Positions 1 to 11,530 of a stretch of 64,000 nt of DNA are shown piece after piece. The notes under the pieces were generated by a model, which was not told where the DNA came from, ran no database searches, and saw only the letters and a program-made list of their open reading frames with translations. The stretch's first letter is position 1. Each line of letters begins with the position of its first letter. Made by a program: the position numbers and the translations under genes. The stretch is from Azolla caroliniana. Its lineage: Eukaryota > Plantae > Polypodiophyta. Location: NCBI GenBank assembly GCA_043228905.1, contig JBHGNT010000005.1, positions 6,262,001-6,326,000 on the forward strand, in the 5' to 3' direction.

Positions 1-150
1 TTCAAGCTGGAGATGTCGACCTACAACACATGAGCACGAACCTTCAGGTAGCCGACATCTTCACAAAAGCCTTAGAGTCGACAAGCTTAGGCAATTCATG
101 ACGGACCTTGGCCTAACGATAGCCGCATTGCTGAGCTTGAAGGGGAGTAC
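1..150 (+). mobile_element. Ty1/Copia pol C-terminus (RNase H end), degenerate
   Basis: Translates QAGDVDLQHMSTNLQVADIFTKAL, containing the Copia RNase H ADIFTK motif. A frameshift follows, then DKLRQFMTDLGL. Confidence 0.85.
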
Positions 151-464
151 AACACAACCGACAAAGCCGACGAGCACAACACAACAGCCGAATAGCAACC
201 GATCTGTCGATCAAAGCCGACCAAAGGAGTAGTCAAAGTAGCAACACAACCAACCAAGGGGAGTCGAAGCACGAAGCTAACAAGCTAGTTGAACAAGGAG
301 CACGAAGTAGTTGGACAAAAGAGAACATATATCAATCGACCAGTCGAAGCCAATCCGACCGACCATCCGGTCCTCCGGACATAGAGCCAAGGAATTCAGA
401 AAGATGAAATGAGCCAAACAGCAAGACAATTTTCCGGCAACAGGAAGTTCTGTTTGAAGGAGCG

Positions 465-677
465 TGTTGAGAGTCAAACCCAATTTCCCCAATGGAATGG
501 CTTTCACACTAGCAATGGACACTCTAGGTTCAAGCTCGTTTTGTAAATAGTAGAAAGGGCAATTGCCCTAAGTTAGTTGGTATTTTAACCAACCCTTTCG
601 TAACTAAGTTATTGTTGGATGTATATTTCATATTTTCTAATACAACTTCATGTTCTCTCTGTTTCTCTGAGTTTACC

Positions 678-738
<61 letters not shown>

Positions 739-928
739 TCTTACACACACACACACATAGTTCCTTCCACTGCACAAGATCACCTACACTCTCCATTTCT
801 TTACAACGATAATAGAATCTATCTATCTATCTCTTCCCAAACCTGTCACAAACCACATACTCAGATTGTTTTGGGCTAGCCAAGGCTTGAAGCCATAACC
901 CTTAGTTCATAAGAGCAACATTCTAACA
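465..928 (+). mobile_element. 3' LTR of the Copia element
   Basis: Purine tract GAAGGAGCG directly precedes TGTTGAGA, and the segment ends TCTAACA (TG..CA, imperfect terminal inverted repeat). Contains (TC)n and (CA)n. Confidence 0.6.
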
Positions 929-1129
929 ACTTGGAAATAAATAAAACATTATAAAAAGTTGTAGCATAAAGTTCTAGAAGGTTCTTCGACATTATGGAAA
1001 CTTATGAAAATCATGGATTAGTAATGAACTTATATAAAAGGAGTTGTTGGCGAGAATTTTTTTCTAACAGATCAACAGGAGTTACCAAATACATCAACTC
1101 TTGTTTTGGCTTGAATATTGTTCTCTACG

Positions 1130-1892
1130 AATTCGCGCCACTAAGCAATAGTGCATTTTCATAGATGCCTTGGAAATCATGATTTCATCAAGAACGTAAT
1201 CATTGACTCCAATCAACCACTAGAGACTTTGACGCTAGTATTGCCAAGGATGGACAACTCATGAGGCTCCATTGACTTTTACTCTCAATGGGAAGCAAAT
1301 GATATGGTCTTACAACAAGATGGATGCTACTACTCCCAAGCACTCCAAGGCTCATTATGATGTGATTGCATAAGAGCATTCCAGCTACTTGACGATGGTT
1401 GGTACCAATCCCAACAAGATTATATTTGTCCCAAACTCTAGATTTAAGGGCGCCAGCATGATAGGGAGATCACTCAAACTTTATTGGTAGAAGGGTCCTA
1501 CTCTTTTGAACTCTTAGACATGATCTATCAACCAAAGAGAGCATCTGATAAACCTCTTCACCTCCCACACCAAGAAAACATTGGAATTGCTCTTGTAGGA
1601 AGGGCGGGTAATATCAAACCTAGTATGGTTGTGACTCAGTTCATAGTGGGTACAAGATTGGAGGTCTTGGAATGATTCCTGTGAGAAAGGTGGACCTCTT
1701 GTAGGAAGAGTGGGTACAAGATTGGAGGCATTGGAATGGTTCCTGTGAGAAAGGTGGAGCCCAGTATTATCGAACCTGGTATAATTGTGACTCAGTTCAT
1801 AGTGTACTGCTTATATCCCTTCTAGGTACAGGATTGGAGGCATTGGAATTGTTCTTGTGAGAAGAATGGGGCCAGTATCTATGATTGTGACT
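1130..1892 (+). pseudogene. EF1A: EF1-alpha (eEF1A) pseudogene fragment, intronless, with repeated KIGGIG segment
   Basis: Broken translation matches plant eEF1A: [71 protein letters not shown]. Many stops and frameshifts. Confidence 0.9.
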
Positions 1893-2054
1893 GAATCCAA
1901 GAACCCTTGCCAGAAATCTAGGACAAATACACCATCCTTGAATGACATCAATCACCACCATTACTTGTCAAGATAAAAGGAAATGAAGCATTTTTACAAC
2001 AGGAGATTCCAAGGAAAGCTATAGTACCTTGTTGAACCACACACTCAGACTGTT

Positions 2055-2115
2055 GTCTTTGTAGGGCTTGAACCCATGACCAAAATGAACAACGTAACCA
2101 ACTGAGCTATGAGAC
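2055..2115 (-). other. tRNA-derived sequence (A box + B box, anticodon arm lost)
   Basis: Minus strand reads GTCTCA-TAGCTCAGTTGG...GGTCATGGGTTCAAGCCC-TACAAAGAC, with terminal GTCT/AGAC pairing. Confidence 0.6.
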
Positions 2116-2833
2116 TCTTAACCAAATGGAAGGTAGCAGAAAGTTCTGTATGATCATCAAAAGTCATGAAAGATATTGGAAGGTTCTAGCACCGTGTCAT
2201 TAGCAATGACCTTGTACGACAAAAATTTGTTGGAGGAGATTTTTCTCTATCAAATCAATTCAATGATAGTTATTGTATACATCTCCTTGCCGTGCACTCT
2301 TGGCCTACATTGAATACATTTCCTTTCCATGTACTGTTGCCATGTCTTGTCTAGTCTACATTCTCTTGTTCTTGTCTATTCATTACAAAACTTGTGTCTA
2401 AACTAGGAAGCATGGCAAAATTCCAAGCATACTTGAGTCACATGTATTGGAATGGTGACGACATCAACATACATGAAAACTCATTCAACCTAGTTATCTA
2501 TTAGTTATGAAGTGTCAGAGAGTTCCATCAGCAATGTGCTATATGCAGAAGATCTTAGAAGTTTTCTTAAGTTTTTAAGACTACTTTATGAGGATGACAT
2601 CATATCCCACTCGAGGGCATTATAAACCCTCACATTACAGACTACAGACCTTTCTAGAAACTTCCAAAACCCCCTCAGACTCCCTACAATATTCTAAATC
2701 TTCGTCATCTAATTCTCCATTCACACTGGAAATTCAAGAAGGTTCTAAACTTCATTGACCATAAGATTTCTAAAAGCTGTTCGGATCTAATATAAATATG
2801 ATTCAATTTCTCTTTCCAGTGTGCGGTCGGTAG

Positions 2834-3348
2834 TTAGATTTCTTCGAAGTGATCGCGTATCAGTTCTATCTTTAATCTATGAGTCCTATAATTATCATGT
2901 ATAAGTTCCTCAGTATTGATTCTCCATTGTATGAGCAAGTAGACATGCTGATATTTCTTAAACATATTATAGAATTTCTTATCAAATGGCACAATATACA
3001 CCTTGGCTATGATACATCTTCTTGGAGCTCTTGAGAGAGATCTAATATTATCTAAAAACTTGTTTGAACGAACAAAACGAATGCTAACCAAACGTTCCTT
3101 AGCAAATGGGCACAACACACCATTGAAATAAATCACCTTCTGCGTTACTTCTATTAGAAGAAAATCAGAATACAGCCTTCAAAACCAGTCTAAAACAGAA
3201 ATTTTCAAAGAGATAAACATACTTTAAAACAAATATAATGCAGGTTACATTAATTAACATAAAAGGGTATGTAAAAGAGAAAATAAAATACACTGACCGT
3301 CATATATGGAGATAGAATTGGAACTGATTTGAGGTCTTCCTTAAAAAT
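2834..3348 (-). CDS. possible spliced ORF or gene fragment of unknown function
   Basis: Stop-free 100-aa frame, plus an upstream candidate exon (IFKEDLKSVPILSPYMT|GTCAGT) that joins in phase to CAG|KVIYFNGVLCPF. No family recognised. Confidence 0.3.
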
Positions 3349-5875
3349 CTAATATTGGAGAATCTTAGGATTAGAGAGAAAGCTCTTTGTTTTGTTTTGT
3401 TTTCCTTGGCATTAAGAAGGAGAAGAAGACCTAGGCAGAGTACAGAAAACTAAGTAATAAGTAATGAACATAGTATTAATAGTTTTTTGATAATAAAATA
3501 CTCATCTATAATTTTACATCAAACTATGTGAATGTATATATGTAGTTATTGTTAAAAATGTGTCTAATTGTATGGATACGTTTTGTTGTAGTTATTTTAT
3601 ATGATACAAGAAATCAATTATGACAACTACTATTCATTACCAATGCTCTTGCCCAAGCTCAAGCTCAAACACTTAAGATGGAAACTTGAGGTTTGAGTTA
3701 TGGCTAACCATAAGGGTCAAGGGTTTTCAGGGCGAGAGATAATATATAGATGGTATCATCATTCTCGAATGTCAAACATGCAAAATAGTTGTGGATATGA
3801 ATAAAAACTCTTAGTATTCGAGAATTGGAGTGTGCGTTGTTGTGATTTGCAAGATGAATGTGTAGGGACTTGACTCAAATTGATGGTGTGTGGAAGGTAA
3901 ATTCAAATGTGGTCGAATGCAATGCATTATACTGAAGACTGATACTCTAATTTCGTCACCTATTTGAGGAAAAATATGTATAGTCGAAAAGATGAGTCTT
4001 CATATATCTTGTGCATGTGCCTCAACATCTCATTTCAAATCAAAGAAAATGTGAGCTAAGTCATATGTAAACAACGTTGCAAATAGAGAGAGGGTGGCAG
4101 AGAACCATTTTCTTATCTCTATGCAATCCTTGTGTCACACTTATGATGCAAAAGAATATGACCAAGACATATTGAAAGCATAACCCTAAATTCTATGTGT
4201 GAAGAGATCTTTCTTGCAATTTTCTTCTCTCTTGTTGTCTAGGTGTAGTACCTCTCTTCTTGCAACATGATGTTGAAGTGATGGCTAAGGTTTTTTGTTT
4301 TACAATTGTTGTCGACAAACAAACTTGACTCAAGAAACCAAAAAAAGGAAAATTTTGAAAACTATTCGGCACATTGTGTGCATGAACTTTAGACCAATAA
4401 TTCTCATGATTATCTCATAGAAGAAGCTCGGAAGCGGAAGACCAACAACATGTGCATTAAATGCCTTTCAAATCTCTATATCGTAGATTGGTCATGATCG
4501 CTCTAGGCATTGTATTATCAATTATATAATACTAATGAATTATGTATGGTTATGAAATGATGTATTCTACATCATTTTTGAATTATCTTGTTCAACAAAA
4601 GGTTATAAGATGTGCAAAGAGTTCATTTTGCAATAACTATGCCAAGAAGTCTTAGACTTTTGTATATAGAGTGTGTCTTTATATAATGAATTTGGTTGGG
4701 AAAAACTTCCAAATATTGATATCCTCTCATCAACGATGTTTTCAACAAGAGTGTATACAAATTCCACTTTTGCAAGTTTGCTTAACTCTATTAAGACTAT
4801 CTATAGACATGGATGCTTCATGGCTAGAAGTGAGACACAACCCAAAATTACTTGGTAGCAAGTGAAACTAAATTATGGAGATGCAACAATATAGTAAATT
4901 TGTATGTCATGAAGTTTGCATAGACATTTTTATTATTCAACATGGAGCTATCGATGCTATGTTGAGGTATTGAAAACAACATATTATTCGATCAAGATGA
5001 GAATAACTACTAATGTTAATATATACTATTTGAGATGAAAATATTCATAAGTGAGTTCATATTAGCGACTTCATTTTCTATGCTCTTACTTGTTTTGAGG
5101 TTCGAGGACATTATGACATGTTTGTGAATCCACGACATTCTTTTATAAAGCATTATACGTCCATTGGGATACTCGTGAAATGTGGTGAAAATGAAGGTGT
5201 TATTTTTATTTTTTAATGTGTAGGGGATTCGAAGGCATTATCACATTCGCATACCATGTTGTAATATACCCGTGTTTTACTCGTTGTTTAATAGAGTGCT
5301 CTCTATTCCGTGGGATCTATCTCGAAAGGGAAGTGACAGTTTAGGTATGGTCGTCGATTTCCCAACAATGTCAGCCACTATCATGCGAGGATCGAAAAGG
5401 TGGCATCTCAAAAGCACCGGAAGGTGAAACACGTGTCAATTAGTGCACGTAAGATACTCTCATATAGTTATCGATACTCTCATATAGTTATCGATACGTT
5501 TACACATCACATCGTAAGATGGTGTCCCATATAAGGCAATCGATAAGTTTAAACACATCATCATAAATCGAGGGCAAAGTGGAAATGGTAGGACAGAGAA
5601 AAGAGAGAGAGAGAGAGAGAGAGAGAGCAAGAGAAACAAAAAAGAGAAAGAGACACCCAAAAGATACCGGAACACATCCCATGCTTCTTCTTAGTCTTAT
5701 TGGTAGTGGCAGTAGTAGTAGTAGTAGAAGTAGTAGAAGTAGAAGTAGAAGTAGTAGTGGTAGTACTAAGAGACAATCACGTGGGGTGGGGGAATACATA
5801 CATACATACAACAAAGAAGGTCACGTGACGATGATGTTCCGTCCTTCCATCCTCTTCTTCCTTTTTCTTCGTCTT

Positions 5876-6964
5876 CTAAGGATGGGTATGGTGCCCATCC
5901 CCCCTGTGGGCCTCCGTCTCAGACCAGCCTCCTCCTCCTCCATGGCGGCCGCCATGGTGCACAGCCCCACCGTAACCCTCGGTCTCAGACCAGCCTCCTC
6001 CTCCTCCATGGCGGTGTCCATAGCCCTCGGTCTCAGACCAGCCTCCTCCTCCTCCATGGCGGTGTCCATAGCCCTCGGTCTCAGACAAGCCTCCTCCTCC
6101 ATGGAGGCCGCCATGGTGCCCATAGCCCTCGGTCTCAGACAAGCCTCCTCCTCCTCCATGGCGGCCGCCATGGTGCCCATAGCCCTCGGTCTCGGACAAG
6201 CCTCCTCCTCCTCCATGGCGGCCGCCATGGTGCCCATAGCCCTCGGTCTCAGACAAGCCTCCTCCTCCATGGCGGCCGCCATGGTGCCCATAACCCTCGG
6301 TCTCAGACCAGCCTCCTCCTCCTCCATGGCGGCCGCCGTGGTGTCCATAACCCTCGGTCTCAGACCAGCCTCCTCCATGGCGGCGCTCACCTCCCTTGTA
6401 CCACTCCGTCTCATCCTCCTCTCCCCTTCTGCTGCTGCTGCTGCCGCCTCCTCCCCTGTGGCGCCCGATCCAACGGTTCTCCTCCACCCTCTGGCTTTCC
6501 TCCGCCGCCGCACTCGAGCCGCCGTAACCCCCGCCATACCCGCCGCGATGCTTATATCCGTTTCGACCCTCCGTTTCCTCGGGGCGGGCCACCCACCCGT
6601 GGCCGCCATGTCCGTACCCTCCTCCTCCGCCGCCGCCGCCACGGCCATTGTAGCCGCCGTCGCCGCCGCCGTACCATCCGTTGGTCTCCTGGACTTTGCT
6701 AGACGACGACGACGACGACGATGCCGCCATGCCGTTCACCTCCGCCGTCTTCTCCTGAGAAACGGAGGCGGAATTGGCGGAGGCGGCGGCGTTCTTGTCA
6801 TCGGCGGCGGCGGCGGAGGCGGAGGCGGAGGGGCGGGAGGCATGGACGACGACCACAAGAAGTGTGGAGGAGGTGGCAAGGAGGATGGACAAAAAGAGGA
6901 GCAGCCATGGCGAGGAGCAGGAGGAGGAGGAGGAGGAGCGAGAAGAAGCGGTAAGGCGAGCCAT
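5876..6964 (-). CDS. secreted Gly/His-rich repeat protein (GRP/shepherin-like multi-core precursor), 362 aa
   Basis: Hydrophobic signal peptide (WLLLFLSILLATSSTLLVVVVHA), an Ala/Ser-rich pro-region, then 9 units ending (W/L)SETE. TATATAAA lies ~105 nt upstream of the ATG. Confidence 0.85.
   Translation of the reverse strand: MARLTASSRSSSSSSCSSPWLLLFLSILLATSSTLLVVVVHASRPSASASAAAADDKNAAASANSASVSQEKTAEVNGMAASSSSSSSSKVQETNGWYGGGDGGYNGRGGGGGGGGYGHGGHGWVARPEETEGRNGYKHRGGYGGGYGGSSAAAEESQRVEENRWIGRHRGGGGSSSSRRGEEDETEWYKGGERRHGGGWSETEGYGHHGGRHGGGGGWSETEGYGHHGGRHGGGGLSETEGYGHHGGRHGGGGGLSETEGYGHHGGRHGGGGGLSETEGYGHHGGLHGGGGLSETEGYGHRHGGGGGWSETEGYGHRHGGGGGWSETEGYGGAVHHGGRHGGGGGWSETEAHRGDGHHTHP
5915..6410 (-). 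repeat. coding tandem repeat, ~48-66 nt units
   Basis: Recurrent CCCTCGGTCTCAGAC(C/A)AGCCTCCTCC on the plus strand. Confidence 0.95.
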
Positions 6965-7066
6965 TTTGGGTGATCCCAGATTAGTAAGTAATGAGTAACT
7001 ATGGTGGTGAATGAAGAGAAGAAGAGATCATCTGATGATGGAGAGCAACTGTCTCAGACCTCCTCC

Positions 7067-7074
7067 TTTATATA
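7067..7074 (-). promoter_or_regulatory. TATA box of the Gly/His-rich gene
   Basis: TATATAAA on the minus strand, followed by a CT-rich leader to the ATG at 6964. Confidence 0.65.
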
Positions 7075-9599
7075 GTAAGTAAAGTAAAGTACATATGTAC
7101 ATACATATGTATGTATTAGGAGGAGCTTTGCTCCTTCCTGCACAGTCACACTATTATGTGCTATTTATTTTATATATATATATATATATATATCTTTTTA
7201 TGATTGATTGCGTAACCCCATTGGATTGCTTAAGTACATATGTACATACATTGGAATGAAATGTGTTAGTGCACCACTTAACACTCAAATTCCCACTACC
7301 TCCCCATCCCACTCTCTCTCTCTCTGTCTCTATCTCTCTCTCTTTTGGTGAAAATCTGCTCACTTCTAATGTCTCACAATGTGTATTGTTTGAAGATGCA
7401 TAATTAATGTAATGAAATTTAATATATAATTTAATACAAACAAGTGGTGTTGGGATCTACCTATATTCATACATACATATATGGTATCTTATATCAAGTA
7501 AATCTCTTTCTTCACTCTATATCTCATCGTTCCTTTTTTAGATTTTTATCCTATATACTAGGATATTGCAATAGTATACAAAAAAGAATTTTAGGACATC
7601 AAGTATCCCGCACAATGTGTGAGCACTAAGTACAAAAAAAAACATAAACAAACAAAAAAATACTACCTGATTTCAATATTCAATCTTCCATATAGTTGAT
7701 GTAGATTGTTGGGATAGTACAAGGATAAGTGAATGTAGTCATACATTCACTACTACAAAAAAGCTTATTGCATTGTATTTCTCAAGAAAGCTTGGTACAA
7801 GGGAACAAGGAATATAAATGAAAAACTACAAGGAATACACAACAAATCAATATACATAATCAAGAATCAACCATATGGTAGCCCAAATGGAAGAAAGAAT
7901 CAACCATACTATTCAGTTTGTTCTATCCCTCCTTTTCCTATGGTTAGTTGAGCTCGTTCTCCTTTGGTGCCGCAACCGGTGTACAAAGTGCAGGATACTT
8001 AACATCCACAACACCCACTCAAATCCAACCTACACACACACAAACGCACACACACACACACACACACACATCGCCCACACGACATACAACCTTACATGCT
8101 CACACTCTAAAACCATCCACTACAAGAAGCCCCCAGACACATGGATCCGCAATGTTAAACAACAAAAGTGAGATGTAAAATGTGGTTAACCATGAGAAAC
8201 AATTTGGCACAAGTTTTAACACAATTATCCAAGATATTTAGGATGTAGGGCATTCATCTATCCTAGGTTGTTTGGAGCTCCCTCATCAAATCTATGAGAA
8301 GTTACGCATATAAACATATTGCCCATAATTATCCATCATATACGTTAATCGTGGCTAGTGTTGCGAGGTGCATGCATGAAATTGCAAAAATTACGGGCAT
8401 CCGACTAGAAACGACAATAACTAGATAAACATATACTAAAAACGTATGGACCCAAAGTAAGAAATTTATTGCCTAGATAGAATCAAACATCCAGCAAGGT
8501 TTATGGAGGGGTTGGAATATGCACTTTCAAAAGAAAACTTTGTTTACTCTATTTCCTTATCCAAACCGAACAATTTATGCATATATTCACAAGCCTTGGA
8601 AGCTCCAAGTTATTGTTCAATCCTCAAGATATTGTAAGGACAAAATGAAATCCATGGTGTAAGTCATAGTACCACTTGGACGTCCATGACCCAAATCTAA
8701 AATATTTTGGTACGTGTGCCATTTTCGCTTATCATAATTTGGAAATGGCACAATTGTTCACATCACTTTTGCGAAATCACAAATCTTTTCCAAATACATA
8801 ATAGGGAAAATCATCATTAGCTTCTACTTGGGATTAATGAACATTTTGGGTCTAAAAGGTTAATATTCAAACTTTGGAAACTGACCAACCTAGTTAGGCA
8901 GCTTGGGATAGTAATTAAATGGGAAGTTAATCGATGCTCTTAACATTGAATCCTAAACTTGTAAACTTATGCTCATTAGTCGCTAAATAAAACCCGATGG
9001 TGCTCTAGTGACTGTATAAAGGTATGTACCATGTTTGTTATTAAAACATTGACTTGATCAACTTTGCCCCTCCTGTAAATTTTGTTAAAATTAAATATTA
9101 CTAGAATACCCCTTTGTAAACATACCCTAAACTAGTTGGGCATCTACAAGCATAGTATGTACGTAATATTCGTGTTCGTCAGCCCAAACATTCGTTTTCA
9201 TCAGTATGAAAAAGAATGCGTATGTTATTAAAACATTCTTGTGTTTTTTTTTACACTTTTTACCTTAACTTTCTTACCCTAAAAAAATTTACCTTACAAT
9301 AAATAATGAGTGCACAAGTATGGTATTTATCATACTATGTCTATGAGAATGCTCATTTGTGGTATAAAATTAAGTTATGGATAGGAGTGTGTAGTTTTGA
9401 AACGACTGATGGTTTTATGTTATTATCAAACAAGTTCAGGCAAATATGGTGTCTTCCCCATAAAAATGGCAAAAAGAGAGATGGTGATGAAATTGTAAAT
9501 CTATTTGGAAGGACAAAAAAATAAATTATGGAACTCAAAACAAATATTACAAGAGAGTCTACTCTATTGTTGCAAGTGTGTAGCCACATGCAACTCATA

Positions 9600-10099
9600 T
9601 ATTTTCAAGGCCATTCCTATGCTCAAGTAGAGAGAAACATATAAGAGTCGGATGTGTCCAAATTGGAGAAGGTATTGGGTCATAAATGATGGTGGTAACA
9701 TTGTTGGATGGTTGTTGACATTTCACATTGTATTGTGAGATGGATCTCATCCCCAACTCTTGATTATGACAAAGCATGCAAATGCAGTTTTCTATATTTA
9801 GTCCTATCCGAGAGTCATTCTCAATTTCAAAGTCATCATTACAATTGTGTAGAAAGGCCATCATCCTTCCCACATTGGATGTCAGGGATTGGTATGTCCC
9901 GCCATTTACTTGTGATGTCCCAATAGTATTGTCGCAAATTGCTATAATGGCATCCTTGTTCCATTTACCACATTTCATACTCTCAAACCCTTTGCATGTT
10001 GTCTTGAGTATTGTACAAAACCAAAAGAGAGGGGGTGAGGCATGTTTTAGGATTTTCATGGAAAATGAGAACTTATTTTTCATTTGCACAAGGGCTCCT

Positions 10100-10178
<79 letters not shown>

Positions 10179-11250
10179 AACCCATTATTATATGAGGCTA
10201 CAACAATGGGTCTTTGCAATTGGAGGACTTGGCAACATCTTGTCTTTTGGGATGGAAGGATAAACACCCCTTCTATCCAAGTTTAACTGCATTGCATGCT
10301 CAATCCTGGTTAATGTACAAGATGCCATGTTGGGAATGAAAAGAAAAATAACGGCTTTTTTGAATGTGAGGACAAAATTTCCTATTCCTAGAAATTACCA
10401 TGCTATATGGTCTTAGTTGCAAGAAATGCCAAGTTTGCAATACCTGATTCCAGATTCGAGTAAGATTATGCCTAAGGTAGGTAGATTGGGAATTTGCATG
10501 GCATAAAAGTATTGCCAAAGAAAAAAGAAACAATGTATATTAGAAACTAATTGTAAGGTATACATGGATGGTAGAACATGTCAGTAAAGGATGGGGAATC
10601 ACAAAATCCAATACGTGGTGTCAAAGTGCAATAAACATATAGGAGGGGGGGGCAATCTCATCTTCCTTTTAGAACTAGGTTGTTTGTATTGAAGAGTCAT
10701 GTCGGGTGGATTACCACTAGGAACTGGTTTGGGAGGACATAGTATTGTTTCTATAAAGTGTTTGTTTTGCATAGTTCCAAAGAAATATAATCAACATCCA
10801 TATGTTAGTTGTCCAAGGGCAAGGGCAAGGGCAATCTGGAAATTTATATCTAGTGTGTGGGATTCTATAAGTGGAGGATTGAAATCCCCGTTCAATGGGT
10901 GTTTGGTCATGTGCAGTCAAGAAAGCCTTCTTCACATTTCGAGACAACCTTTCAAGTTTTGGGGATATAATTGGAGTATGTGGAATACCTTTACTTTATG
11001 TGATAAGCATGGGGTTCAAAGACACATTAGACGATTAAAAGGGATATTGGTAATGGTAGTTTTCCTCGTTGGAAACAATAGCGAGGTTGTTACATGAGGT
11101 ATTAAGGATTTTAGGTTGGCAAGGCATAATGTCCGTCGTTTGCATTGGCCTCTATCACCATAAGGTCCACAAGGATCGATCTGAGTAGATGGAGAGAGAT
11201 TGAGTGATGTCTCGGCGAAGCCCCGATATGTTTTATGGTGAGCCGATGGG
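9600..11250 (-). mobile_element. degenerate LINE remnant
   Basis: C-terminal IENCICMLCHNQELG-DEIH Cys/His motif, plus weak RT-like traces near 10560-10950. Interrupted by (AG)n at 10103-10174. Confidence 0.45.
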
Positions 11251-11530
11251 GATATCATATTTCGCCCATTATAATTTGGCCTTTGTGTTTTTGGAAAAAG
11301 ATAAGATAAGATAAAATAAAATTTGGCCTTTGCAATTAAGAATACATTACTATTTAGTATTTATGAAAGAGATTGAGGGGGGGGGGGGGGGGGGGTATTT
11401 TAAGAATTTCACAAAACATGAAATAAGGGCTAATTATAACTTATGATAAATTCTCCACATATACCCCCCCTTTCCCCCCAATACTTTTGTGACCCCTGTT
11501 ACATATGTACAGATACAGACAGATACAGAG

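Noticed and set aside
530-879. ORFs with ERER/SLSL runs (also near 5.6, 10.1 and 52.8 kb)
   Set aside because: Products of AG/TC microsatellites.
4000-4950. Possible hAT transposase remnant
   Set aside because: Only vague motif traces; too decayed to support.
5820-5905. Possible frameshift in a G6 run extending the Gly/His protein (HRGGWAPYPSLEDEEK..)
   Set aside because: The existing HP* ending is plausible. There is no evidence for an error without reads.
5915-6410. CRISPR-like regular repeats
   Set aside because: In-frame coding repeats without unique spacers, in a eukaryotic context with no cas genes.
5579-6973. 464-aa plus-strand ORF and the 275-aa alternative minus frame
   Set aside because: Shadows of the GC-rich repeat gene. 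The signal peptide and TATA box support only 5876-6964(-).
11489-11530. Earlier start of the SET ORF given in the track
   Set aside because: It is a GTG codon. The first ATG is at 11531.
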